Source: Stellaceae bacterium
GTDB lineage: Bacteria; Pseudomonadota; Alphaproteobacteria; ATCC43930; CGMCC-115725
DNA length: 64,000 nucleotides
Direction of reading: 5' to 3'
Assembly: GCA_035534535.1 (NCBI GenBank)
Contig: DATLRS010000007.1
Span: 7,562 to 71,561 of the forward strand
This document shows positions 29,724-39,022 of this stretch, piece after piece. Under the pieces are notes generated by a model. The model was not told where the DNA came from. It did no database searches and was given only the letters and a program-made list of their open reading frames with translations. Positions within the stretch are counted from its first letter, which is position 1. Every line of letters begins with the position of its first letter. Position numbers and translations under genes: made by a program.

Positions 29724-30764
29724 CTACGAAAAGACGATCTCGACCCGGCGGTTCTGCGGCTCGCGCACGCCGTCGGCAGTCGGCACGCGATTGTCGTTCT
29801 CGCCGTGGCCGCTGACCATCATGTCGTCCTGCGGCACGCCGAGCCGGGAGAGCGCCTCCGCCACCGCATGGGCGCGCCGTTCCGACAGCCGCTGGTTGTA
29901 GCCGGGCGAGCCCGAGCGGTCGGTATAGCCGGTGACCTGGATCTGCACCCGGGCGCCGGATTTGTAGGCGTCGGCCGCCTGCTCGACGATGCGCATCCCC
30001 TGCGCCGTGATCGCGGCGCGGTCCCAATCGAAGAACACCAGGAAGACGCGGCGCTGCACCACCGGCGGGGCCGGCGTCGCCTCCGGTGCCACCACCGGCG
30101 GCGGGGCCGGCGGCGGCCCGAAGCGATAGATCATGCTCGCCATCAGCGTGTGGGTGCTGTAGCCGGTGGTGTATTTGATCGCCGGCGTGGTCGGCACGCG
30201 GAAGGTGGCGTCGGTCGTCCCGAGGTAGCGGTAATCGAGATCGAACGCGAGGTTCGGCGACAAATTATAGCGCAAGCCGGCGATCGCCTGATAGCCGAAC
30301 TGCCAGTCGTTATCGTTCAAAGCCACCGCCAGGCCGGGCGAGGTGGCGTGGTCGATGATATCGACGGCGCCGACGCCGACGCCGATATGCGGCACCACCG
30401 GCCAGCCGTATTTGAAGTCGTAGAGCACGTTGGTCATGATCGCGTGCGACTCGCGGCTGCCGTGCACCGCCGGCAGGCTCGTCCCGCCGATCCTGAGACC
30501 GTTCAAATCGTTGCTGTGGTAGATGTATTCCTCCTCGAAGCGCCATGGGCCCCATTCATAGCCGGCACGCGCGCCGGCGGCGAAGCCGGAATCGAACCGG
30601 GCATGCGCCGAGGGCGCCCCGGTGACGTGGTCCCGCTGGTTTTCAAGGACGCTCCAGCCGCCTTCGCCGCCAAGGTAGAATGTCTGCGCCTGCGCTGTAG
30701 CGATAGGTAACGCCGCCGCCACCAAAAGGCAGGCGCCGACGACTACGCTGATCCGCGTCGACAT
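29724..30764 (-). CDS. OmpA family outer-membrane protein (N-terminal beta-barrel, C-terminal OmpA peptidoglycan-binding domain)
   Basis: Signal peptide MSTRISVVVGACLLVAAALPIATAQA. Pro-rich hinge PPPAPPPVVAPEATPAPP. C-terminal TGYTDRSGSPGYNQRLSERRA. Confidence 0.85.
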   Translation of the reverse strand: MSTRISVVVGACLLVAAALPIATAQAQTFYLGGEGGWSVLENQRDHVTGAPSAHARFDSGFAAGARAGYEWGPWRFEEEYIYHSNDLNGLRIGGTSLPAVHGSRESHAIMTNVLYDFKYGWPVVPHIGVGVGAVDIIDHATSPGLAVALNDNDWQFGYQAIAGLRYNLSPNLAFDLDYRYLGTTDATFRVPTTPAIKYTTGYSTHTLMASMIYRFGPPPAPPPVVAPEATPAPPVVQRRVFLVFFDWDRAAITAQGMRIVEQAADAYKSGARVQIQVTGYTDRSGSPGYNQRLSERRAHAVAEALSRLGVPQDDMMVSGHGENDNRVPTADGVREPQNRRVEIVFS

Positions 30765-30951
30765 CTTCCGATTCCCCTATGCATCGACCAAACTAGCGAG
30801 CACTCGCCCGCGTCCATATACGCTCAGAAACCAGGGATGATCCCTGCAGCATTGGAGGAGTTGTGGGAAATTGCCGAAATAGTTGGATCGCTAAATCAAA
30901 ACGCGAATGCGTTGCCGGCGAATATTGCCAAAATCGGGAAGCTCTGGCCTC

Positions 30952-31614
30952 TCAGCCGCCCCGGCAGCCGTTCAGAAACAGCGCCACGCTGTCATCGACC
31001 CAGCGGCGCAGCGCCACGGGGGCGAACGCGGTACCAAGCCCGACGGCGCGCCGCCGCGGCGCCTCCACCACCATCAGGATGAATTGCTCGGCGGCAAAGC
31101 GCGGATCGATCGCGGCGATCTCGCCGGCCGCGATGCGCTGCTCGAGATGGCGCGCGATCCGCTCGATCCCGGCCGCCGCGCCCAGCTCATGCAGGATGCG
31201 GGCGAGGCCGGGAAAGCGATGCGCTTCGGCGATCACCATGCGATGCAGCGCCAGCGCCTCGGGGGTCAACGCCACCGCGAGCATGGTTTCGCCAGCGTGG
31301 CGCAACGCTTCAGCAAGGCTCGGCGCCTCGAGCAGGGCGGCGTCGAACGGCGGCGTCCAGCGCTCGACCAGCCGGCGGACCACCGCCTCGAACAATACCT
31401 CCTTGCCGCGAAAGCGATGGTAGAACGTGCGTTTCGAGATGCCGGCGCGCCTGGCGACGGCCTCGATGCTGGTCGTGCCAAAGCCGTCACCGAGAAACAG
31501 CGCGGTCGCAACGTCGAGAATCCGGTCCGAAAGCCGCGCCGATTCGAGTCGCGACGGCCGGCCGCCGCGGCGCCGCGGCCGCACCTCGTTGGCTGATTGC
31601 ACCTCTGCCGACAT
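30952..31614 (-). CDS. TetR/AcrR family transcriptional regulator
   Basis: Conserved part from MSAEVQSANEV. HTH ILDVATALFLGDGFGTTSIEAVARRAGISKRTFYHRF. Divergent from the SDR gene. Confidence 0.8.
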   Translation of the reverse strand: MSAEVQSANEVRPRRRGGRPSRLESARLSDRILDVATALFLGDGFGTTSIEAVARRAGISKRTFYHRFRGKEVLFEAVVRRLVERWTPPFDAALLEAPSLAEALRHAGETMLAVALTPEALALHRMVIAEAHRFPGLARILHELGAAAGIERIARHLEQRIAAGEIAAIDPRFAAEQFILMVVEAPRRRAVGLGTAFAPVALRRWVDDSVALFLNGCRGG

Positions 31615-31751
31615 GGCCGCCTCGCCGCGCTGCGCGGCGAAGCTTAGCCGCCCGCAAGGCAAACGCAACCGCGACCGCTTTGCACTGGGAAGTGGCGCCA
31701 ATCGCCGCCATGATCGGCAGCGCGAACGGATCGAACGGAGGGGCGCGAAAA

Positions 31752-32501
31752 ATGAAGATCGACCTGACGGGAAAGCGGGCGGTGGTCACCGGCGGCAGCC
31801 GGGGGATCGGCCGGGCGATCGCGCTGGCGTGCGCCGAAGCGGGCGCGGCGGTGTCGATCTGCGCCCGCGGCGCCGCGGCGCTCGGCGCGGTCCGTGACGA
31901 GATCGCGGCGCACGGCGTCACAGCGCACGCGCAATCCTGCGACATCGCCGACGGCGCCGCGCTGGCCGCCTATATAGCGGCGGCGGCCGAGGCGCTGGGC
32001 GGCATCGATGTGCTGGTATGCAATGCGTCGGGCTTTGGCACCAGCGACGACGAGGCCGGCTGGGCCCGCAGCATCGACATCGATCTGCTGGGCACGGCGC
32101 GCGCGATCCGGGCGGCGGTGCCGTATCTCGAACAGAGCAGCGCCGGCGCGATCATCAACATTTCGTCGATTTCCGGGATCGGCGCTTCGGCTCGTACGCC
32201 GCCCTATGGCGCGGTCAAGGCAGCGATCATGTCGTACACGCTGAGCCAGGCGGCGGTGCTGGCAAAGAAAGGGATTCGCGTCAACTGCATCGCCCCCGGC
32301 TCGATCGAATTCCCCGGCGGCACCTGGGAGCGGGCCAAGAACAACAACCCGCAGCTTTACGGCGCGATCCTGCGCAGCATCCCGTTCGGCCGGCTGGGGC
32401 GGCCCGAGGAGGTGGCGCAGCTCGTCGCGTTCCTCGCCTCGCCGCTCGGCAGCTGGGTCACCGGCCAGACGATCTCGGTTGACGGCGGCCAGTTGCTGTA
32501 A
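31752..32501 (+). CDS. SDR family oxidoreductase
   Basis: MKIDLTGKRAVVTGGSRGIGRAIA (TGxxxGxG), NASG, YGAVKAA (YxxxK). Confidence 0.85.
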   Translation: MKIDLTGKRAVVTGGSRGIGRAIALACAEAGAAVSICARGAAALGAVRDEIAAHGVTAHAQSCDIADGAALAAYIAAAAEALGGIDVLVCNASGFGTSDDEAGWARSIDIDLLGTARAIRAAVPYLEQSSAGAIINISSISGIGASARTPPYGAVKAAIMSYTLSQAAVLAKKGIRVNCIAPGSIEFPGGTWERAKNNNPQLYGAILRSIPFGRLGRPEEVAQLVAFLASPLGSWVTGQTISVDGGQLL

Positions 32502-32551
32502 CCACGCCGCCGGCGGCTCCGGCGGCGCGGCGCCCCGGCATGACGTGCCGA

Positions 32552-33136
32552 TCAGACATCGAGAAAAACGGTCTCGTTCGCACCCTGCAGCACGATATCG
32601 AAGCGGTAGAGCGCCGGACTGCCGGCCGCTTCCGGGCGGGCCAGAAGGGTGCGGCGCGCCGCTTCGTCCTCGATCGAGGACAACAGCGGGTCGCCGGCAT
32701 TGGCCGGCTCGTCGGCGAAATAAATCCGGGTGTAGAGGTGCTGCAACAGGCCGCGGGCGAACACCGCGAGGTTGATGTGCGGCGCCTGCAGGGCATTGCC
32801 GCGGCCGGGCACCGGCCCGGGCTTGATCGTGACGATGCGGAAGCGCCCCTCGCCGTCGGTCGCGGTCCGCCCGAAGCCGCGGAAATTTGGGTCGATCGGC
32901 TTCTCGGTCTGATGGTCGTCGGGGTGGTTGTAGCGGCCGGCGGCATTGGCCTGCCACACTTCGATCAGCGCGTCGGGCACCGGCATTGCGTCGCCGTCTA
33001 GGACGCGTCCCTCGATCGCGATGCGCTGGCCGGTCGGATTGTCGGCGGTCAAGTCGCTCCAGGCGGGGCGATCGAGCCCGAGGTGAAAAAACGGCCCGAC
33101 GGTTTGCGACGGGGTCGGGATCAATTTGTCGGCCAT
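32552..33136 (-). CDS. pcaG: Protocatechuate 3,4-dioxygenase subunit alpha
   Basis: 194 aa. TPSQTVGPFFHLGL, WQANAAGRYNHPDD and HINLAVFARGLL are typical of PcaG. Confidence 0.9.
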   Translation of the reverse strand: MADKLIPTPSQTVGPFFHLGLDRPAWSDLTADNPTGQRIAIEGRVLDGDAMPVPDALIEVWQANAAGRYNHPDDHQTEKPIDPNFRGFGRTATDGEGRFRIVTIKPGPVPGRGNALQAPHINLAVFARGLLQHLYTRIYFADEPANAGDPLLSSIEDEAARRTLLARPEAAGSPALYRFDIVLQGANETVFLDV

Positions 33137-33149
33137 CGCGCGCCCCGCT

Positions 33150-33860
33150 TCAGCCCGGGTCGGCCGGGGTCGCGGCGCGGCCGCGCAACACCAGGTCGAA
33201 GCGGTAGCCGAGGGCCCATTCCGCCTCGCTCAGCGCCGGCTCGTAGGCGCAGATCAGCCGTTCGCGCGCCGCCGCGTCGGCCGTGCTCTGATAGATCGGG
33301 TCGTAGGCCAGCAGCGGGTCGCCCGGAAAGTACATCTGGGTCACCAGGCGAGTGACAAACCCCGCGCCGAACACGCCGAAATGCAGATGCGCCGGCCGCC
33401 ACGCATTGGGCGTGTTGCGCCACGGATAGGCGCCGGGCTTGATCGTCACGAAGCGATAGGCGCCGTCGGGGCCGGTCACCACCTGCCCGGCGCCGGTGAA
33501 ATTTGGGTCGAGCGGCGCGTCGTGCTGGTCGGCGGGGTGATCGTAGCGCCCGGCGGCGTTGCACTGCCACAGCTCGAGCAGCGTCCCCGGCACCGGGCGC
33601 CCGTTCTCGTCGAGGACGTGCCCCTCGACGATGATGCGCTCGCCCAACGGTTCGCCCTTGCGCTGGCGGGTCAGATCGGTGGCGTCGGGGCCGGCCCAGC
33701 GGTCGGCAAAGCCGGGGCCGGTCAGCTCGGACAGCGTGTGCTCAAAGCGTATGAGGGCACGCCGCGGCGACCGCTTCACCGTGCTGGCGTAGTCGGGATA
33801 CAGATACGGCGGCTGGGTGCCCGGGCGGGGGCGGAGGAACGGCAGGGGCTCGCTCGGCAT
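33150..33860 (-). CDS. pcaH: Protocatechuate 3,4-dioxygenase subunit beta
   Basis: 236-aa conserved part from MPSEPLPFLRPRPGTQPPYLYPDY. WQCNAAGRYDHPAD, YPWRNTPNAWRPAHLHF (Fe ligand region). Confidence 0.9.
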   Translation of the reverse strand: MPSEPLPFLRPRPGTQPPYLYPDYASTVKRSPRRALIRFEHTLSELTGPGFADRWAGPDATDLTRQRKGEPLGERIIVEGHVLDENGRPVPGTLLELWQCNAAGRYDHPADQHDAPLDPNFTGAGQVVTGPDGAYRFVTIKPGAYPWRNTPNAWRPAHLHFGVFGAGFVTRLVTQMYFPGDPLLAYDPIYQSTADAAARERLICAYEPALSEAEWALGYRFDLVLRGRAATPADPG

Positions 33861-33945
33861 GCGCAAGGGCTCGCTGTTCGGGTGGATCGACCAGCGTGTC
33901 TCTTTCGCCCCCCGCCCGTCAAGCGGCTCCTGGCGTCCGTTGGGC

Positions 33946-34920
33946 TTAGTTCGGCACCCAGGCAAGGCCGCGGATCTCGGTGAATTCGCGCGGCAATTTC
34001 GACCAGCGGTCGCCGGCATTCTGGCTCGCATAGATCTCGCCGTAATGGCTGCAGGCGAGCACCAGGCCGGGGTCGGCGATATGCGTCGCGAACTGCCAGA
34101 TCGGCGAATTGGGCTCGTCCGGCAGGCTCGCGACCTGCCAGCTCTTGCCGCCGTTGGTCGAGCGCTGGATCGCGCCCTTGTCGCCGGCCGCGCCATTGCC
34201 GGTCGCGACAAACAGGGTCGCCGGGTCGTCCGCCTTCTGTGCCAGATGGCGGCAATAGCCGAGCTTGAACTGTTCGCGCACCATCAACGGATACCAGCTC
34301 GCACCACGGTCGCCGCTGGCGAAGATTTCGCGGGGCGTGCTGGTCAACACGGTCGTGCTGCCGTTGACGGCGACCGCGATGTCGTGGATGTCGGGGTCCG
34401 GGATGCCGGAGGTCGGGATGCGCGTCCAGCTGTCGCCGCCATCCGTGCTGCGCAGCACGCCGTCGACTTCGAGGCCGGCCCAGATCACCCGGTGGTCGGA
34501 TGGATCGACGGTCAGCGCCGTGACGCGCGGTATCCGCACGTTGGCGCATTCCTCGGCAATCTCGGCTTCGAGCTTCTGCCAATGCGCGCCGCCGTCCACT
34601 GAGCGGAACAGCGCCGCCGGCCGCGTCCCGGCAAAGATGATGTCGGGGTTGACCGGATCGACCGCGATCCGCCAGACGTCGAGATCGTTCATCGGCGAGT
34701 CGAGCCGCGCGAACGTCGTGCCGCCGTCGCGGCTCTTGTAGACGCCGTCATTGGCGCCGGCGAACACCGTGCGCGGCTCGTGCGGGTGTACGCTCAAGCT
34801 GAACACCCGGCTCTCGTTCCATAGATCGCCGCCGGCGCGCTTCCAGCTCTCGCCGCCATCAGGGCTGAGCCACACTCCGGTACCGATCGTTCCAGCCAGG
34901 ATCGTGAAATTGCCGCTCAT
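33946..34920 (-). CDS. BNR/Asp-box repeat protein (beta-propeller, sialidase-fold/Ycf48-like); no signal peptide
   Basis: 324-aa conserved part. Seven SxDxGxxW-like Asp-boxes: SPDGGESW, SRDGGTTF, SVDGGAHW, STDGGDSW, SGDRGASW, STNGGKSW, SQNAGDRW. Confidence 0.7.
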   Translation of the reverse strand: MSGNFTILAGTIGTGVWLSPDGGESWKRAGGDLWNESRVFSLSVHPHEPRTVFAGANDGVYKSRDGGTTFARLDSPMNDLDVWRIAVDPVNPDIIFAGTRPAALFRSVDGGAHWQKLEAEIAEECANVRIPRVTALTVDPSDHRVIWAGLEVDGVLRSTDGGDSWTRIPTSGIPDPDIHDIAVAVNGSTTVLTSTPREIFASGDRGASWYPLMVREQFKLGYCRHLAQKADDPATLFVATGNGAAGDKGAIQRSTNGGKSWQVASLPDEPNSPIWQFATHIADPGLVLACSHYGEIYASQNAGDRWSKLPREFTEIRGLAWVPN

Positions 34921-34944
34921 CGCCGTCTCCTCCCAAGCAAATTT

Positions 34945-35045
34945 GTCATTCCGGGGCGCCGCATAGCGGGGAACCCGGAAGCCATATTCCACAGGCCGGT
35001 GTTCCTGGGTTCCGGGTTCGCGCCTTCGGCGCGCCCCGGAATGAC
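34945..35045. repeat. REP/MITE-like 101-bp palindromic element with perfect 15-bp termini GTCATTCCGGGGCGC / GCGCCCCGGAATGAC
   Basis: Read directly. Inner arms gaacccggaa / ttccgggttc. Lies between the BNR and VOC genes. Confidence 0.75.
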
Positions 35046-35054
35046 ACCACGGTC

Positions 35055-35465
35055 TCAGTCGGTGCCTTCCCAGCCGGTGTGCGAGATGTCGATGACGACG
35101 CCGTCGGGGCCCGACCATTTCATCTCGAAATTGGCGTGGCCGCCAGCCGCCATCGTCGCATCGACATGGTCCTTGGCGGTCAGCCGCTGGCCGCGCGCCC
35201 CTTCGAGCTGGTCGCAGGCCTGGTCGAGATCCTCGACCTCGAAGCCGAAATGATGGATGCCGGTGAAGTGCGCGCCGTGCGCCCCCATGTCCGGCGACTC
35301 GTCGCCCTTGGTGTTGAGGATCGCCAGGTTGATGTGGCCGTCTGACAGAAACACTGCGCCATTCGGGCTGCGCCGCAATTCGGTGAGGCCGAAGGCTGAT
35401 TTGTAGAACTCGGCGACCTTCGCCGGCTCCTTGGTCGTCAACGCGATATGCTTGATGCGTGCCAT
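35055..35465 (-). CDS. VOC family protein (glyoxalase/bleomycin-resistance/dioxygenase fold)
   Basis: 136 aa. IKHIALTTKEP...FYKSAFGL, HHFGFEVEDLD. Its start overlaps the 3' end of the upstream Mo-enzyme gene by 28 nt. Confidence 0.8.
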   Translation of the reverse strand: MARIKHIALTTKEPAKVAEFYKSAFGLTELRRSPNGAVFLSDGHINLAILNTKGDESPDMGAHGAHFTGIHHFGFEVEDLDQACDQLEGARGQRLTAKDHVDATMAAGGHANFEMKWSGPDGVVIDISHTGWEGTD

Positions 35466-37825
35466 GACTGATCCTCCCGTCGGTGAATTGCGCGCCAGAC
35501 CCGCTCCGGCGTTGCCGGCATCTCAATGTGCTTGACCCCGAACTCGGCGAGCGCATCGACGACCGCGTTGATGACGACGGCCAAGGCCGGGGTGGTGCCG
35601 CCCTCGCCGGCCGGCCTGATGCCCAAGGGATGCGTCTGGCTCGGCACCTCGGACAGCTCGGTGGTGAAAAACGGCAGCCGATCGGCGCGCGGCATCGTGT
35701 AATCCATGAACGAGCCGGACACTAGCTGCCCGCTGTCGCGATCATAGACGATCTGTTCGCCGATCGCCTGCCCGACGCCCTGCACGATGCCGCCATGCAC
35801 CTGACCGTGCACGATCATCGGGTTGACGGCGCGCCCGACATCGTCGACCGCGCTGTAGCGCACGATCTCCAGCACCCCGGTTTCGGGGTCGATCTCGACT
35901 TCGCAAACATGGCAGCCATAGGGGAAGGCGGCGAGGTTGACGGTCTCGTCGCTCATTCCGCGCAGGGGGCCGCGCAATTCCTCGGGCAGGTCGCGACGCG
36001 AGACGGCGGCGCGGGCGATCTCGAAGAGACCGACCGCGCGGTCGGTGCCCGTGACGCGGAACGCGCCCTCGGAGAATTCCAGGTCGGCCGTCGCCGCCTC
36101 CAAGAGATGACTGGCGATGCGGTAGCCCTTCTCGATGATCTCGTTGGACGCGTTCAGCATGACGATGCTGCCGAGCCGCAGGGCGCGCCCGGAATGCGCC
36201 CCGCCGCCAATGGAGACGCGGTCGGTGTCGCCGGTGACGAGGCGGACGCTATCCAATGGCACGCCGAGCCATTCGGTGACCAGCTGCGCAAAACTCGTCT
36301 CGTGCCCCTGGCCCTGCGACACGGTGCCGATGACGATTTCGACGATGCCACTGTTGGGGCCTTGCGGCACCACCGTCATCTCGGCCTTCTCGCGCGGCGC
36401 GCCGGTCGCGGTGTCGACGTAATTGGCGACGCCGATGCCGCGATACCGGCCGCGCGCCTTTGCTTCGGCTCGCCGCGCCGGGAAGCCCTGCCAGTCGGCG
36501 ATCGCCAACGCGCGCTCCATGACTTCGTGGTAGTGGCCGCTGTCATAGACCATGCCGAACGGGTTGGTGTACGGCATCATCGCTACCGGCACGAGGTTCT
36601 TGCGCCGCAACTCGATGCGGTCGATGCCGGTCTGCAATGCCGCCAGATCAATGAGCCGCTCCATGACGAACATGACTTCGGGCCGGCCGGAGCTGCGGTA
36701 GGGGCGGGTCGGCGCCGTGTTGGTGAGCGCGGCGCGGGCGCGGAAATGCACCGCCGGCACATGGTAGATGCTCGACATGATCTCGACCCCCTTGTTGAGG
36801 GAGCCGAAGGCGAGCGCATAGGCGCCCTGGTTGACGAGGTTCGAGCCGCGCATCGCCAGAAACGTGCCGTCCTGGTCGAGCGCCAGTTCGGCCGTGACCG
36901 CCAGATCGCGCGCCTGGTGGTCGGCCTGGAAATATTCGCTGCGCTCGCCGGTCCATTTGACCGGCCGGCCGACCCGCCGCGCCGCCCAGGTGACGATCGC
37001 AAATTCCGGGTTGAACCCGCCGCGCGTCCCGAAATTGCCGCCGACATCCTGCATCACGACACGCGCCTGTTCGGGCGGCACGCCCAGCACCATCGCGAGA
37101 TCGCGGCGCGGGCTGACCGCGCCGCCGGCGCCGGTGTAGAGCGTATAGCGGCCGGTCGCGGCATCGTAATCGCCGACCGCGGCGCGCGGCTCCATCGGCA
37201 CCCCGGCGACGCGCTGCACCCAGGTGTCGAATTTGACGACATAAGCGGCGCGCGCGAAGGCCGCATCGCTCGCCGCCCTGTCGCCGACCTCGCCGTCGAG
37301 GATGATGTTGGCGAAGTTCTGCCGCGCCCGCGGCGCCCCGGGCACCGCCGCCAGCGGCGCATGCGTCACTGATGGCAGCCTCTCGTATTCGACCGCGACG
37401 AGGTCGGCGGCGTCCTTGGCGGCGGCGAGGCTCGTGGCGATGATGGCGGCGACGATCTCGCCGACATGGCACACTTCGGGCCCGATGATCGCGGTCTGCT
37501 GCGGCCGCACGACCGGCGAGCCGTCCTTGTTGCGGATGCTGATATCGGCGGGGTGGCTGTTGGCGATGTTGGGCAAAGGCTGCAGCCCGTCGGCCAGCAC
37601 ATCCGCGACGGTCAAGACGGCGAGAACGCCGGGCGCGGCGCGCGCTGCGCCGGTATCGATCCGGCGGATCAGCGCGTGCGCGTGTGGCGAGCGCACCATC
37701 GCGGCATAGGCCTGGGCGGGCAGGTTGACATCGTCGCTGTAATGCCCATTGCCGGTCAGCAGGCGCCAGTCTTCCCGGCGCCGTACCGGCTGCCCGATGC
37801 CCGTGCCGCTGGGACCGCCGTCCAT
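35438..37825 (-). CDS. Xanthine dehydrogenase family protein, molybdopterin-binding (large) subunit
   Basis: 795-aa ORF. a/b-hammerhead N-terminus (GQPVRRREDWRLLTGNGHYSDD), MoCo-binding blocks (GGNFGTRG, TRPYRSSGRPE, GGGAHSGR, GEGGTTPA). No 2Fe-2S or FAD subunit gene is adjacent. Confidence 0.9.
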   Translation of the reverse strand: MDGGPSGTGIGQPVRRREDWRLLTGNGHYSDDVNLPAQAYAAMVRSPHAHALIRRIDTGAARAAPGVLAVLTVADVLADGLQPLPNIANSHPADISIRNKDGSPVVRPQQTAIIGPEVCHVGEIVAAIIATSLAAAKDAADLVAVEYERLPSVTHAPLAAVPGAPRARQNFANIILDGEVGDRAASDAAFARAAYVVKFDTWVQRVAGVPMEPRAAVGDYDAATGRYTLYTGAGGAVSPRRDLAMVLGVPPEQARVVMQDVGGNFGTRGGFNPEFAIVTWAARRVGRPVKWTGERSEYFQADHQARDLAVTAELALDQDGTFLAMRGSNLVNQGAYALAFGSLNKGVEIMSSIYHVPAVHFRARAALTNTAPTRPYRSSGRPEVMFVMERLIDLAALQTGIDRIELRRKNLVPVAMMPYTNPFGMVYDSGHYHEVMERALAIADWQGFPARRAEAKARGRYRGIGVANYVDTATGAPREKAEMTVVPQGPNSGIVEIVIGTVSQGQGHETSFAQLVTEWLGVPLDSVRLVTGDTDRVSIGGGAHSGRALRLGSIVMLNASNEIIEKGYRIASHLLEAATADLEFSEGAFRVTGTDRAVGLFEIARAAVSRRDLPEELRGPLRGMSDETVNLAAFPYGCHVCEVEIDPETGVLEIVRYSAVDDVGRAVNPMIVHGQVHGGIVQGVGQAIGEQIVYDRDSGQLVSGSFMDYTMPRADRLPFFTTELSEVPSQTHPLGIRPAGEGGTTPALAVVINAVVDALAEFGVKHIEMPATPERVWRAIHRREDQSWHASSISR

Positions 37826-37847
37826 TTAGCGGTTCGGTGCGAGAGAA

Positions 37848-37921
37848 CCCCTCACCCCAGTCCTCTCCCCGCAAGCGGGGAGAGGGAGGGACCCGCGCGG
37901 CAAGCGCGGGAGGGTGAGGGG
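37848..37921. repeat. GC-rich palindromic repeat (CCCCTCACCCC ... GGGGTGAGGGG with inner CTCTCCCC-GCAA-GCGGGGAGAG hairpin)
   Basis: Read directly. Same family as the 29585-29717 and 61098-61132 units. Confidence 0.6.
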
Positions 37922-37944
37922 CAAACCCCGGGTCGCAAGAAGGG

Positions 37945-39009
37945 TCAAGCCGGGAACGACAGGAAGCATTTGTCGGAGGCGAGGATGTAGGTTTCCATGT
38001 AGTCCTGGATCACCGGCTTGCGATCGAGCGCCTCCATCGCGCCAATCAGCGCCATCCAGTTCAGCATCTCGTGCTGCCCCGAATACTCCATGTCGGCTAA
38101 GGTGCGCTTGCGCCAGGTGCCGTAATCGGCGCGGCTGACGGCGTCGAACAGGATGCGGTCGCCCTCGTGATCGGGCCACAGATAGCCGTTTTTTGGCGAC
38201 AGGAAGCAGTGCGACCACGACGACGAGGCGATCAGCGCCACCCGGTAGGGCGAGGCGGCCAGCACCTCGGCGACCGCGGCGCCGACATCCATGCAGCGCC
38301 ACGGCTGCGGCGACGGCGGATCGCCGGCCTCGCCCTCGGGGGGCGGCGGCGCGAACAGATGGCCGAGCCCGCCATGCGCCTGGATCAGGTTGCGGCCATA
38401 GCAGTTGATTGCGAACGGGAGCACCGGATAGGGGAAGCCCTTCCGGTCCCAGTCGAGATAGAGGAAGGTGTTGGTAAAGGCGTGCGCCATCGGGTGGTGC
38501 AGCGGCTGATAGGCATAGGCCAGGTCGATGCCGCGCTCGATCAGCCCGGTCGCCAGCAGCTTCGCCGCCTCGCGCTGCCCCTTCAGCTGCAGCGTCCAGT
38601 CGCCCGGCTCGCGCCAGCGGTTGGGTTTGCCGCCGTTCCCGTTATGCCACGGTTGCAATGCGATCTCGGGATCGTAGCCGAGGACGCAGAACGGCGGGAC
38701 AATGTCCTCCTTGAAGTTCTCGTACTGGTCGTCGCCCCACACCAGCACGAAATCCGGGTTGAAATCGTCGAGGATCTTGCGGATCGCGCGGAAATCGTTG
38801 CCGAAGCGCTCGCCGCAGCGATTGGCGGCGGAGAGGCCGTCGTCGTTGCCCAGTTCCTCCATCAACTCCTTCGGCCAGTTGCGCGAATCTTTGTACTTCG
38901 GATCGACATTGGGCGCCTCCAGCACCCGCTTGAAGACACCGGTCAGCCCGTCGTTGGGCAGGCACAAGGTCGGCCAGTGGGTAACGCCGAGCCCGAGAAT
39001 TTCCGCCAT
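37945..39009 (-). CDS. Class III extradiol ring-cleavage dioxygenase (LigB family)
   Basis: 354-aa conserved part from MAEILGLGVTHWPTL. Family call rests on overall resemblance to LigB-type extradiol dioxygenase subunit B proteins (His-rich HHPMAHAF, SSSWSHCF). Confidence 0.7.
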   Translation of the reverse strand: MAEILGLGVTHWPTLCLPNDGLTGVFKRVLEAPNVDPKYKDSRNWPKELMEELGNDDGLSAANRCGERFGNDFRAIRKILDDFNPDFVLVWGDDQYENFKEDIVPPFCVLGYDPEIALQPWHNGNGGKPNRWREPGDWTLQLKGQREAAKLLATGLIERGIDLAYAYQPLHHPMAHAFTNTFLYLDWDRKGFPYPVLPFAINCYGRNLIQAHGGLGHLFAPPPPEGEAGDPPSPQPWRCMDVGAAVAEVLAASPYRVALIASSSWSHCFLSPKNGYLWPDHEGDRILFDAVSRADYGTWRKRTLADMEYSGQHEMLNWMALIGAMEALDRKPVIQDYMETYILASDKCFLSFPA

Positions 39010-39022
39010 TTCCGTCTCTCCT

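Noticed and set aside
30832-30846. Perfect 7-1-7 palindrome CAGGGAT-G-ATCCCTG in the leader of the OmpA-like gene.
   Set aside because: It is probably just a 5' UTR stabilising hairpin, as known for ompA mRNAs. It is too short and isolated to support a specific claim.
35438-35465. 28-nt overlap between the Mo-enzyme 3' end and the VOC gene start, considered as a frameshift or fusion.
   Set aside because: Both ORFs have complete family-like termini. The overlap is explained by a non-conserved C-terminal tail on the Mo enzyme, and I saw no evidence of recoding.
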